DNA of 58,621 bases, the filler included, from Basidiobolus ranarum (taxonomy: Eukaryota): the NCBI GenBank assembly GCA_040143965.1. It is 5 parts of 5 records of this genome, joined end to end, with 100 filler letters (N's around TTAATTAATTAA, not from the genome) between each part and the next. Parts side by side here need not be neighbours in the genome. Positions count along the whole stretch, not along the records: positions 11,760 to 23,414 come from JASJQH010007474.1; positions 23,515 to 35,154 come from JASJQH010007475.1; 3 more parts are not named here. One strand, written 5' to 3'. Shown in pieces: positions 14,269 through 27,771 of this stretch. Below the pieces are notes generated by a model. The model was not told the origin of the DNA. It was given only the letters and a program-made list of their open reading frames with translations, and did not search any database. A program made the position numbers and the translations under genes. Positions within the stretch are counted from its first letter, which is position 1. Each line of letters begins with the position of its first letter.

Positions 14269-16889
14269 TTTCAATGTTGACTTTATTTCATCACTATCAC
14301 TCTTTACATCCATAGCATTCACCTGCACTTCATTTCATATTTTCATCATTTATAGAACCTAAAGTAGGAATATTTACTAAAAAATCACTATCTGTAAATT
14401 CAAAACGTCTTTGACAATAAAAACTTTGTGAAACCATCTAATTCTAAATTTCCATTTTATCTGAATCGGCTGCAATCGAAATGTTCTGAAATATATCACC
14501 ATCGAAAATGAATCTAGATTACTGAGAACAGACGAGATGACGTAGTGGACACGTAATTGGCAATATCATATATGGTGAAGACAAATCCTAGCATGGCACA
14601 GAGATTGGAAATCCAGAGTCCGATTTGGGCATTCCGTCAAGTTACACAAAAGACCAAATATTCCCAGAAAATAATTGTTGGACTTTCCACTCGGACTAGA
14701 TGGACGATACGAAAATCATTTAATTTACTAAATTAGAAATATGAATTTATATGGGATTTCGTTTCTACGCGCTGTTGGAATTGAACAAACGAAGATATTG
14801 GGGAGTATCATTCGAGGCTGTCGAAGTACGTTTCCACTTGCCAAAAATGTACTGAAATTTTATATTCAAGATTAAAAATGGTGGTCAAGTTACTACCCCA
14901 AGAGATTCATCGATGCACTGGCCTCCACCTCAATTATCTCTTCGCGTAACTGATTCGGACATTGTTCAGTTCTGTTCCCACTCACTGATGCACGTGAAAG
15001 TCATATTGGTAAGAAACATGAATTCTAAGGGTCGGCCCATTCTGAGATACCTGCCTAAAAGGGGGCAGGAACTTTGACAGACAGTTCAAATGGAAAAGTT
15101 ATGGGAATTTCAATTTTACCTTCAATTTACGAAGTAAAGTAGTCCAGTATACTGGTAATATGAGTAATACTCACAAAGTTACGTCATACTTGTCTCTTTG
15201 TACCATAATGAAGCTATTTACAAAACATAACACCCTCTAGAACGTTTTGTACAGTAATATCAATTAAGTAATCGAAGTTTTCCCGAAATATACGCTGCTC
15301 GGTCTTAAGTTCAAACGAATACTGAATATCAATTATCTACTTTACTTGATTTTGTATCTGGCTACTCTACATTCATAAGAGAATATAGATTAACTGTAAT
15401 ATTCAAGTATAGGCATATGCAGTAACTATCTATGCTTTAATTCACCAAATCGTATGTATTTCCTAGTTCAAAAGCCCACAATCTACCCATTCTCTACTAT
15501 ACCTTGATACTAATGAAATCCTAGCATGCTTGGTCAAATGTTGAACTTCTGACCATAGAATCGGCTGAATTATAAATTTGAAACATGTTGTACTAAACAT
15601 TTCTCGGCGTGGATGATTGTTGAGTAAGAGTCAGGTTGATCTCTTGATTAAACATAATGCTGGAGGTGCCGATCATACAGTATAATAAAGTATGCACCTT
15701 CCTTCATCCAATCGATTTCTTCACCAACCGTCATTCATCACCAAGTGACATCATATGTATCGCATATATCCGGGCTTGCCACACTCTGCTGCAAATCACT
15801 GATTTCTTTTTTCAAAAGAGCTACAGATATTGTCCTAGGCTGATCTATTCAACTAACGATCTATAAAGTTCCCCACGAGAATACGATTTCACTTTATGTA
15901 TTTGAATAGATTTTCTATATCATCATATTTAGAAGGGACCAGGGCTGACCGAAATTCCCAGAAGTTCGAGTACTACCAATATGTAGGTGAGGATGAGAAT
16001 GACGATGGATTAAGCTTCCTTTTAGATATTAAATCAAAGACGGCAATACTTTTTAGCATCTGACTTTAAAACGATATTCGACTGTTTGTACTACCTCGCT
16101 GTATTAGCAGCGTGAATTGAGCTGCCCATCAATGCTGTTGAGAAGATAGGAAAGATATTCACTATTATTGTGGAATTTTCAACTTTCGTATGGCGTTAGA
16201 TTTAATACACTTTTCTAGGAAACATAATCAGAGGCTATTCAAGAGCGAGTTCTGTTCAAACACGGTCAATATCACTACATTATAGTAGCAAACCAGTGAC
16301 ATCGATGTAGCACTTCCGTGCACCATTTTAAATTCTGCTTTGCTATGGCATGTGCAGATTGAAGGAATGGAATATCTACGGATTAAAAGATTCGCAAAAT
16401 GTATCATCTAGTTTAATAATTTGTGATATGGTATTGACGAAAATTTGGTATTGCTACCACTTCAATTACCGCACATTGTTATATTGTATTTTACCTCTCT
16501 AATATATTACGGGTAGCAATTTGCACTGGATTAAGACCGTTAAATTTCTTTAATGATGGATCATCTTCTAGGATATTAGTCAGAAATATTTATTTTTTAG
16601 AATACAACTGTGGCTGAAATCAAGTGATTTGGCAATGAAAATATGAAATAGTTGAGTAACTAAATAGTCCTAGTGAATGGTAAACTCTAGGAACTTTATT
16701 TTAAATTTACATTTTACAAGCCAGTGAAAAGAATATTATGTCCAAGAGAGAACCCATAAAAAGCGTTTTGTTGAAGTTTATTGCCTTTGTCATATTTTTT
16801 ATCCCTATATTTATACCCCTCACTATTCCTTATATCACATCTAAGATAGTTAACACTATTTAATCAAACATCACTTGGCTCAAAATTGG

Positions 16890-17600
16890 AATATACATTT
16901 AGTATAGATGTGAGTTACATATTGAAAGTTCATATTGATCCAAATCTACCCCAAAGCAGCCTATTTTACTCCCACAAATGTAATGAGCTCAGCTCCATTA
17001 CTTGTATTTTGCATTTCTACTAAAAAATATAAATGTCTTATGCCTGGTTAATTAACAGCTTTCATCTGAACCGCCAATCCATTTTCCAACCTCTAGACAC
17101 CCAACTACGTTTGTCTTTAGTGAGCAAAAGAGAAAATTAAGTGCAGAATTCCACACTATAGCAGCAGGGGATATTAGCGCAGTAGATCTAGACTAACACC
17201 AATCTCAAGAATAGCAGTTCCATCATGCTATAGTAGAGATACCAAATCATAAGCTACTAAGAACAATATTTGATGCATGCTCCATTGTTAGAAGAGTTAT
17301 ATGTGTTTGAAAAGGGCAATGTGAAATGTAGTTGCTTTGAGTATAATAAAAGCATATTTATTGATCAAATATGAAGTTTCAGATACAAACATTATAGTTG
17401 CATTTGGAGCTTTGTTAAAGGTAAAATGAGCCATCCCAGAATTAGCTATGTTATAATATGAATATCAAGTGCTTAACAACCCACATATCTTGTGTATATG
17501 GTCAATATTCTATAAGCCGAAATCATTATATACATATTGGATGCATTTCAAAGATGTTAGGAATGTTCAGAAAAGATAGTTGTTTTCAAGCTTGTTAAAG
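16890..17600 (-). mobile_element. Highly degenerate Ty3/gypsy-like retroelement relic
   Basis: 17135-17240 is a diverged match to the repeat at 22950-23055 (TTAAGTGCAGAAT...TATTAGC...GAATAGCAGT...GTAGAGA). The minus strand has vestiges resembling RNase H (LENNY...CIQY...TIYT). The region is CpG-poor. Confidence 0.4.
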
Positions 17601-18711
17601 TCTCCCCTCTAGCAAATATTGGTGTGTCTTGGTAATGGATATTGTTGTTGATGTATTAGAATAAAGCACCTAACTATCGATATATCCTCTTTGGCATATT
17701 CAATATATAACCAACGCTGGTATGTAATAAGGAGTCACTTGGAGCATTCATGAGAAGGGTACGTATTTGATCAATATTATGCTTATAAGATCAACTCATT
17801 CTTACTTCAAATACTCAACTTCGAGCACTAATAATATCTCGGCCCTTGTCATTATTTGAAGTTAAACATCAACTATGATTCAGCATGTTGGCTCCAAGAA
17901 GGTCAACAAGGGTAAAACACTTGAAGGTTAATTGAGGCTTCATCGTAGCTAATAAACAAGTGCTAGAGGTCGGGTGTATAAATAATATATAGTAAACAAG
18001 TTATTAACATTTGAGTAGCACTCGGGCAACAGGTAAAACTTTGTTGCCGTATTTCATATTGTAATATTGATAATCGTCTATGATTGACGTCATTGGGTTA
18101 GGTTCTAAATTCAATTATTGACTACACAGATTAGTGGGGCGTCAACAAATCCTTCACTAAAAGATCATTATTCCAAGGTAAAGTGAAAGTCCAATACAAA
18201 TGGCTCAACGAGTGCCAACATCTTGGTGGTAGCTGACATGTAGAAAGATACTCAACACTGATTCGACTCATTCGTTCAAAACAGATTTCAATTTCACCGT
18301 ATGTTATTTGACGACTCTAAACTCGCATGTGCAACCTATCTTTCCACCAGATCCGTATCCAATTAATAGCCAGTTGGATACATACTGATACTACTCACGA
18401 TTATATTGAAAAGTCAAGTGATAAATCACATCCAATACCGTTGAACTTCGGCAATTATACCAAGCCGGAGAATACGTTTAAAGAACGATATAAACGTGCC
18501 TAAACATGTTTCAGATGTCTATCAAATCCAAGAAGGAAACATGTCCACTAGATCTCCAAACGTGTATGCACAGGTGAATGTTCCTATATCTGAATATCCC
18601 AGAAGGTCGCTATACCATATGAGCAAATTGTATTATAGAAACAAAACAACGAATACCTAGTTCCAAAAGTAACCTGTTATAAACTGGCTTTTACTACTCA
18701 AAGGAGGTTGC

Positions 18712-19194
18712 TATGTAGAAGAAGCCAAACCCATGGTAGAAACATACGCATCCAAACGAATATATATTACAAAAGCTAAATATATAAAGAGTACAAGGCT
18801 GAAAAGGTTGAAATCCACATATAAAGAATTATAAGTCCGGAAAGCATTGGTTGCATTGATGACTCCGACAACAATGTGTGGTCTAGTAAGGTCTTAATTG
18901 AGCAATTTGGTTCCGGCTTTGGGTGGAGTAACACTACCTACTACTTTAAGCAGGTATGTAGAAGAAGCCAAACTCATGGTAGAAACATACGTATCCAAAC
19001 GAATATATATTACAAAAGCTAAATATATAGTGAGTACAAATCTGGAAAGGTTGAAATCTAGGACAGTACAGTAACCTATTCAGAATTATAGGTCTAGAGA
19101 GCATTGAATGCATGGAGATAACTCCAACAACAACTCGTGGTTTAGAAGGGTCTTAATTGAGCAATTTGGTTCCGGCTTTGGGTGGGGTAACACT
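18712..19194. repeat. Tandem duplication of an approximately 240-bp non-coding unit
   Basis: TATGTAGAAGAAGCCAAAC..ATGGTAGAAACATAC...GGTCTTAATTGAGCAATTTGGTTCCGGCTTTGGGTGG..TAACACT occurs at 18712-18935 and at 18955-19194. Confidence 0.92.
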
Positions 19195-19881
19195 TATTAA
19201 ATGATATATCCCTCTGACTTTGATAGTAAGATCAGAGAATAGTGCTGGCAAGAGCGAATGAAGTAAACTTGAACTGTATCTTGTAAAGATTTTCAGGATA
19301 TCGTTTGACATATCAGCACATATCTAACTTCAAGCTGCATATTAAGCGGCAGTAAACGGTTATGGATCTCAGAACTATATTAGAACTTTAAATTATACAG
19401 GTGTCTCAGTAATGTCTCAGATACAGTATTAGATCAGTGGCGGATGGGGAATTGAGGTAAGAATCTTTCCAAGATAGTCCACATAAACCTGATTAAGGAA
19501 TATTACTAAGCTCATTATCGTTGGAGATCGCAAATCTATGCGAGAGCAACTTTATCGAGTTTAGAATCATAGACAAATAAACGATATCCTTTCTAGTCGA
19601 TATTGCGGAATTTGCAAACCATTGGTTCAGCAACTTTTTTAACTTGAATATGAGTAATTAAGTATGCATTGAGAAGTACTTCACCATGGGAATTTCTAGG
19701 TGTTACCGAATCAAAACTCTACTGCGATAACAATAAATACTCAACAGTTCTTACGGTTTTCCTGAGTATTCCAGATGTATTTCTGAGTATTATCATTAAT
19801 AATTCCTTCTAGAATTACCACTACATAGTAGCTCTTAATATCTTTTGAATTATATACACGCAGCACATAAAGCTTACAATA

Positions 19882-21576
19882 ATGAAAGACTTCATAGACC
19901 GGTTTAAAGCTTTTCGCGAATCCAAAACTGCAGTGCTAATTGTGGTTACTTTGGCTATCTTCACGTACGTACTCATTTTATAAAAACACTCTGTTTGAGA
20001 AGTTGTTAAGTGTTTATTTATTTCTACAGTGATATGCTTATATATGGTATTGTTGTAGGTGTCGTTTACTATGTCATTTATAAAGAGTACCTCATTCTAA
20101 AGAAACCATTTTTATCCAATACGTTAATTTTATAGGTTCCCATTTTACCCACCATCGTAGAAGACAAGATTCAGGGTGACTCTACCACTGTTGGACTTCT
20201 CATGGGATCCTTCGGTATGTAAATCGTAAGATTTTTTTAACGCTCTTGTAATACGCTACTAATAGTTTTCTATAGCTGCCGGTTTGCTAGGTGCAACCCC
20301 AGTATTTGCGCTTCTAAGCGATCGCTACCGGAGACGCAAACTCCCTATGCTTATTAGTTTATTGTGTTTGTGTGTTGCTTGTGCACTCTTCCCCTTGGCA
20401 AACGCATTCTGGGAATTTTTGTTAATACGTATTATTCAAGGAATATCGGGTGCCGCATCATGGGTTATTGGTGTAGCTATGTTAGCTGATGCTTTTCCAC
20501 CTCACCAGTTTGGAATTGCCGTAGGACCTGCTATGAGTGGTCACGGTATTGGGTTGGCTATTGGGCCGACCATTGGTGGACTTCTTTTTGAACACTCTAG
20601 CTATGCTTCCCCGTTTATTCTTTGTGCGGGCATTTCCTTCTTTGACTTTTTGGTTCGACTATGTATCGCGCCCAGCGATGCACGAATGATGGAAATGTCC
20701 GAGGCTATTGAGGCCAGTAATAAGCAGGAGAAGGACGTGGAAAAAAGTTCAATAGAGAACGTTGAGCTTGAGAATGTTGAAGTAGTGGAGAAAAAACCCC
20801 CTTTGAATATGATTACTATGATGAAGCACTGGCCAATTGTTAAATGTTTTTTGATCACATTAATATCTTCTGCTGCCTATGCGTGTAAGAACTCGAAATC
20901 ATGGCTTCTATGATATTGCGACCGTATAATAACTCACATTTTAATGATTTCAGGTGTTGAGCCCACACTTACCATTTACCTTGGAAAAGAGTTCGATTAT
21001 AGCACTGGTACCATTGGATTATTATACATCGCTCTTGTCGTTCCCAACGTGTTCATTGCTCCAATCTCGGGGTGGTTGAGTGATCGTTATGGTCGCATGT
21101 TCGTTTGTAGTATTGGACTGGTGGCCTTCTCATTCATCATCACCTTTCTGGCTGTTCCCAAGATGTTATGGGGACTTATTATAGTGATGATTGTCTTTGG
21201 TGCCAGTCAATCGATGGTAAGTTTGAAGTTGATGTTGTGCTAAGTGTTCAAAATCTCACTTGTTACTTTAGGTATTGACACCCGTCCAGCCCGAACTGGG
21301 CGATTATATCCGTACACTTGGTGGAGGAGCTTACGCACAAGCGTTTGGGCTCTTTAACATGGCATTTAGTGGAGGTAAGTTAATTATAGTGTGAGATATT
21401 CTGGGTGTCTCAAGCTTACCAATATTAAAATGTTAGGTATGTTTATCGGGCCCATTGTTGGGGGCATTGCGTACGATCGAATTGGATTTCTCTATACACT
21501 ATTGATCTTTGCCATAATGAATGCAATTTTGATACCCTTTATTATTTCTAAACCTCGACAAAGTCCAGTTTCTTAG
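19882..21576 (+). CDS. MFS transporter, SLC18/vesicular amine transporter-like; multi-exon
   Basis: Spliced N-terminus MKDFIDRFKAFRESKTAVLIVVTLAIFT-DMLIYGIV-VPILP includes a 25-nt micro-exon at 20030-20054. MFS motifs LSDRYRRRK, RIIQGISGA, GPTIGGLL, GWLSDRYGR and GMFIGPIVGG are present. TAG at 21576. Confidence 0.9.
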
Positions 21577-22892
21577 ATAGTTCGGGAATTTCTTTCCATG
21601 TAAATTTAAGTATCATTTACATTAATCCCACATCTATGTAGACAAAAATATCCCTTGCGGATAAGATGTATTAACATGTCAGGTATCCATGCGGTGACAT
21701 TTAGATCGTTTTTGTGAAATTAAAGTATTATTGAGTAACTCATGAAGCAGTATTATTGTTATTAAGCTTGGTGCTTTCTTTTGGATAGGGTGAGTAAACA
21801 GTGTCAGATCAGGTCAAACATGGAAAATCCATATCAACTCACGTTTACTACCGAATCATCCACTAAATTAAATCGAGGTGGAAACTTTGATACATGTATG
21901 CTGCCAGATGGTTGGACAAAGATTTGCGTTGAGGTCGTCGTTGATTTGCCATAGTAAATTAGGCGATTAAGCTAAACTGTTTCCAAGCACATTCTTTCAA
22001 ATATGTAGAGTAAATAACATGGCGATCTACCCTATTTTAGTATGGTCATGTGCTAGTGTGGTGCTTTCTAGTTCTATAGGGTCTTAGGAGACAACAAATA
22101 TATCGAACTTATGACGATGATTGGAAAGCTCCAAGACAGCCCAGCCAGATGCTTAAGCATACACGTTTTAGATTTTCATCGTAGAGTCATCTGTGAGCTA
22201 GCGAGTAGGGCCGACTAGATCCCGAGTATTATGGTTGACGGTTTGATATGAAGCATGTCAACAGGTTGTCTACCCTCACAGAACCATGTTCTTATAATTT
22301 TTCCGATATTCACTAACAATATGTATTTCCTTTTCAGCAAATAAATATTTGTTTCGTCACATGTTGCGTGGTAAATATTTGGGGTGTATAGATGGTGCTT
22401 AGGAAGTTTAGAAGAGATTTTAGTTGTGCTGGAGTAGAAATTATCATTTTCTCAGTGAGTGTCAACTAAATTTTAAATACATGTAACGCTATTTGATATC
22501 GTAAGTGTGTTGAGATATTTAAGTAAAGCATCTAAGTACTTATACATGATATTTGGCACTAGTATTCAATACATGTACAATAAAAATATGAGAAATTAAA
22601 CATCCAATTTAGAGATTTTTCACAAATACTACAAACACAAAAATCACTGCTCATTCTGTGGAAATTAGCTTTTAACATTAACCAATCAGTATTAACCACT
22701 GAGTCATCTGCCAACACACAAGTCAATATAAGTCACAAGAATTATAACTAATAACCTTTCACTGCCAAGACTTCAGCTGATGCATGACTCACCTATCTAT
22801 CTATTTATCTATCCAATCATACTTTCTTTTATCAGAATTAGTAATCTATTATCTTGGCACTGACCAACTCTCTTTGCTTTGAAAACATTATT

Positions 22893-23414
22893 GTGTCCAA
22901 GAGAAAAGTGGATAAAAAGTCTTGAACTTTAATGAACCAATGATATAGTTAAGTGCAGAATCTTTGACCTGTTTAATCAGGTTATATTAGCAGAGCAGGT
23001 CTATCTAATATATGTCTTGGGAATAGCAGTAGGTTGCTATGTTATGGTAGAGAGTAGGTTTGCTAGGTAGCTAGGCTTGTTGTTCTTTAGATGCTAGTTG
23101 TTACTAGGTTTTGATAGAAAAGAAAGAAGAATATTGAATTTGTTGAGACACACTGAGAAGTGTTAAGATCCTATATTTGTTGAGACACACACTAAACCAA
23201 AAGGTTCAGTTAGCTTTATTTATACTCTTTGATAGCAAAGCTGTTGGAGGATCTTGACATAATGGGGTAGACTTTGAGTATTAGAAGCAACTTATGATAG
23301 TGAGTTTTAGTTAGTTTATTCTTAAGAGTATATGGTGACTTATATAGTAGAAAAGTAAATCAATTGTTTGAGATATTCAGGAGTTTGTGTAATAAGATAT
23401 AATAGATAAGTGGG
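22893..23414 (-). mobile_element. Degenerate Ty3/gypsy-like retroelement fragments at the contig end
   Basis: 22893-23158 matches 35255-35520 in inverted orientation, and 23243-23414 matches 35663-35834 in direct orientation. Minus-strand vestiges resemble the gypsy RNase H C-terminus (PHLS...EYLKQ...KNK). The region is essentially free of CpG. Confidence 0.6.
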
Positions 23415-23514
23415 NNNNNNNNNNNNNNNNNNNNNNNNNNNNNNNNNNNNNNNNNNNNTTAATTAATTAANNNNNNNNNNNNNNNNNNNNNNNNNNNNNN
23501 NNNNNNNNNNNNNN
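23415..23514. other. Artificial contig-joining linker
   Basis: N44-TTAATTAATTAA-N44. Confidence 0.99.
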
Positions 23515-25159
23515 TGCATTCCGGTATCTACTTACTGCCATTGGTTTGTTTACAAAAGAGTTCTTCAACATGTTTCAGTTGAACATACGATTCTTACTAG
23601 AGCGGTGGGAAAATTGTGTGCACCAGCAATGCATTGTCATTTGATGATTTACCTCTTTCGATAATGTTATCTGCTCACTAAGACCACACGATTCACCAAA
23701 TATGATATCAGCTGGTACACTACTGGTTATTACTGAAGATCTTCTTCATCAATGGTTATCCTTGACCTCGGTTATATTCACTCAGTAGGGATATGTCACT
23801 GACACCGAATGGAAATGGTATCTAAGTATACAATACTACACGAGCGTATTAGTATATGGGTATTACTGGTTCCTCCTTTTAAAAAAGTCAACTCTTATCT
23901 TTAACTTGCCCGTGCTCGAGCACATGCTAAGAAGCAATTTCTCTCGTCTCACCAACTACGTAAGGATATATATTATTCTAGACATATTTTTATCTTAATA
24001 TCAACGTTACTGCAGTAACAGATAGGTATATCTCATATGAACTACACAACATTTGGCCTTTTGCATGTTCTTTCCCACCGGACATTTAAATCAGCTCGGT
24101 ATCAAGAGGATTTTCAGAATTGCGATACGCATAATATTATGAAGTCCAGGAACCGATCTGGGTAAGTTGGTACTCTTTTCTGAAACCAAACATTGTTATC
24201 ACTCAACTCGGTATACACCCTAATCCAATGTAATACTAGTGTGAAGCAATCCAACAGCCTGGTTTAGTACGCTTCTCGTTTTAATCCAACTACTAATTTA
24301 TAAGCTCAGGGTATTTATCCTAATTTGGAATTAGTTATGATTAATCTCATACCAAACAACTGTTTACACTTTTATAATCTAGGATAGATTATTCCTGATA
24401 CTTTCTTCACTAAAAATAAACGCTCTTTATGGAATAGGCTATATGATAATATAATAGCATAAACTTTGCAATACATTTAAACCATTGATGGCCCATATCA
24501 CGCCACAATTGTCTAAATTTCATTATTAAGGTGTCTAATAAAGCATACGGCAAAGGTGAGTGAGGCCACTGTATCTCCATTGGAATTCAAGTGACCTACT
24601 AAATCGACGCGACACGCGTATCCGGTTCAATGATTAAAATTAGTCAGTTAGGAATAGAAGAGATCGACAGGGAATGATAATATAACTTGCATGAGAATTT
24701 CTTATCATTTACTATTGATACAAAACTATAATATTATCCAAACTGATACTTTAACTGACGTCGCTTGTGATACAAGAAATATTGATTATATGACCTGAAG
24801 TGAGCGGGTGTGCGAACAAACTAAACGCAAAAACGGGGAGCCAGCACGACCCGTGTACTAATACATTCGGTATCAGTATCATATCTCTACTGATGAACAT
24901 AAACGAGATCGAGGATGGCCATTGATGAAGAAGATCCTCAGTAATAACCAGTAGTGCACTGGCTAACACCATATATGGTGAATTGTATGGCCTTGGTGAG
25001 CTGATAACATTGTCGAAAGAGGTAAATTATCAAATGACAATGCATTACTGGTGCACACAATCTTCTCACCACTCTAGTAAGAATCGTATGTTCAACTGAA
25101 ACATGTTGAAGAACTCTTTTGTAAACAAACCAATGGCAGTAAGTAGATACCGGAATGCA
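23515..25159. repeat. Long inverted repeat (arms about 23515-23880 and 24831-25159) duplicating the subtilisin upstream region
   Basis: The contig starts TGCATTCCGGTATCTACTTACTGCCATTGGTTTGTTTACAAAAGAGTTCTTCAACATG, the reverse complement of the sequence ending at 25159. Similarity continues for about 330 bp with rising divergence. Confidence 0.93.
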
Positions 25160-25298
25160 AAGAATAATAGTGCACTGGTGGTTGATATACAATATCGAAC
25201 TCAAGAGGCTATATAACTGCAGGAAAGTATGAGTAGTGATTCAACAAATCCACTCTCTCTCTATTTCTTCGCCTCTTACCGTTCCTAAATAACAAGCC

Positions 25299-26589
25299 AT
25301 GGTCAACATCCGCACCTTCGCTATTAGCTCACTCGTTGCCATTGCATTGACTGTGTCATTCGCTGAAGCTCAGCACCCTGATGTCTCCAACCGGTACATT
25401 GTCAAGATCAAAGGAGGTGCTGATACAAACAAAGGTAAGTTCACCAAAGAGCAATCATCATCCTGTCATCTGAGTGATGTGATGTAAAGAGTTATTGATG
25501 CTCAGGTTGACTAATATGTACTCTTTTCTTCCAGTCGACCAGTTCCTGAAATCCAGACTTGATCAGTTCAACCGTGGTCGCAGTGGAAACAACTCCTTGA
25601 AAAATGAGCTCAAGAGCAAGTTCTCTTTGGAGAGTTTCAATGCCTACGCCGGTACTCTTAGCCAGGCTTTGGTGAGTGAGCTCAAGAGCAACTCGGATGT
25701 GGAGTTCATCGAGGCTGAGCAAGTGTTCACCATCTCTGGAGTGCAGACAAGCCCTCCTAGCTGGGGTCTACCCCGAATCTCACAACAAGCCCTGGATGCT
25801 TCCGCACCTTACAACTATCCTGACTCTGCTGGTGAAGGAGTCGATGTGTACATCATTGATACTGGTATCAATGTCAATCATACCGATTTTGGTGGTAGAG
25901 CCACACTGCCTATTAGCTTCATCGAAGGCGAGGCAACTGATGATCTCAATGGTCATGGCACTCATGTGTCAGGCACTGTCGGGGGTACCTCCTATGGTGT
26001 GGCCAAGAAAGCCAACCTCATTGGTGTCAAGGTTCTCAGTGGGAGTGGGAGTGGCACCACCTCTGGAGTCATTGCTGGTGTCAACTGGGTTACACAACAA
26101 GCCAAGGCCTCCGGTCGCAAGAGTGTAGCCAACATGTCTCTCGGTGGTGGAAATAGTGAGTCACTGAAGCAGGCTGTTGATGCTGCAGTCAAGGCTGGAG
26201 TGACGTTCATTGTTGCTGCTGGTAATGAGAGCCAAGATGCCTGCAGTGTCTCACCAGCCAATGCTGAAAGCGCATTCGCCGTTGGTGCCACCTCCATCAC
26301 TGACGCAGCTTCCAGCTTCAGCAACTACGGCAAATGCGTCAAACTCTCCGCTCCTGGTCAAGACATCACCTCTGCTTGGATTGGTGGTAGCTCAGCCAGC
26401 AAGAAGATCTCAGGCACCAGTATGGCTAGTCCTCATGTTGCAGGTGTTGCAGCGTTGTACCTATCTCAAGGTGGAGTTGGCTCACCTGCGGAGGTGTACT
26501 CGGCTCTCGTGTCCAAGGCTACCAAAGATGTGATCACTGGACTGAAGGAGGCCACACCCAACCTCTTAGTTTTCAACTCCAATAAATAA
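25299..26589 (+). CDS. Secreted subtilisin-like serine protease (S8A, proteinase K-like) with I9 propeptide
   Basis: Signal peptide MVNIRTFAISSLVAIALTVSFAEA, I9 propeptide (NRYIVKIK...VEFIEAEQ), catalytic triad IDTG / HGTHV / GTSMASPH and oxyanion AAGN. One intron at 25435-25534. Confidence 0.96.
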
Positions 26590-26959
26590 GTTTTGTAAAT
26601 TTGCATGAAATCATGAACAGATCAACCTATCAATAAACATTCTACGAACTAGTTTAAAGTTAAATTCTAAAAATATTGCATCACATAAGTACCACTAGAT
26701 TTTCTTATTGCAAAGAACCTTCTGATCAAGTGTTACTGTATTTGTTAGTAAATACTTTCACATACAGTAATTTCGGTGGGCTATTGTTGTTTCAATATTT
26801 ATATTGGATTACTATAAAAAAACGCATTTTATTGCTGCATTTTAATTATTATTATGCATTCAGTGTTTATTAGCTCAATTTATATTTAACAAGATCAAAT
26901 TACTGTTTTATAAAAGAAAATACAAAAAATCCGATATACTTATACAAATGGATATACAT

Positions 26960-27382
<423 letters not shown>

Positions 27383-27408
27383 TTATCTCCACTTCACGCT
27401 TGAGGGAA

Positions 27409-27520
27409 CTTTTATATAATTTCGTTACCAGGATCAGCCAATAGGAAGCCATTAAATTCATGAATCACAGACGCGAAAATAAGCTTAACTTTACGTGGAA
27501 TATAAAGTGCGCGTAAAAGT
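27409..27520 (-). promoter_or_regulatory. Histone H3 promoter: TATA-like element, CCAAT box and CGCG-core cell-cycle-like elements
   Basis: TATATAAAA on the minus strand (about 27410-27418), GCCAATAG at about 27437, ACGCGAAAA at 27471 and GCGCGTAAAA at 27509. Confidence 0.5.
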
Positions 27521-27771
27521 CAACTTACGATCAAATGACGTGCAAGGATCACGTAACAGAAAAGGGGATATTCAAATATTCAGTGACCATATTAATTGCC
27601 TAAAAAGGTTTTATGCACACTCGAAATGCTAATACCCTGGATTTTACTATTATTAAGGACAAGAGAATATAGATGGAGTTTATTTAGACAGTTACTAACT
27701 GGTGAACAATTTTCTTTTGATTAAGAGTATTGATTACATATAAAAAAAGAAGTACTGAAATCAAACACAAA

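Noticed and set aside
25676..26533. Overlapping and antisense ORFs within the subtilisin, and similar ones within the P5 ATPase, RPS1, RPS24, HGD and M13 genes
   Set aside because: These are shadow frames produced by codon bias of the real genes and have no motifs.
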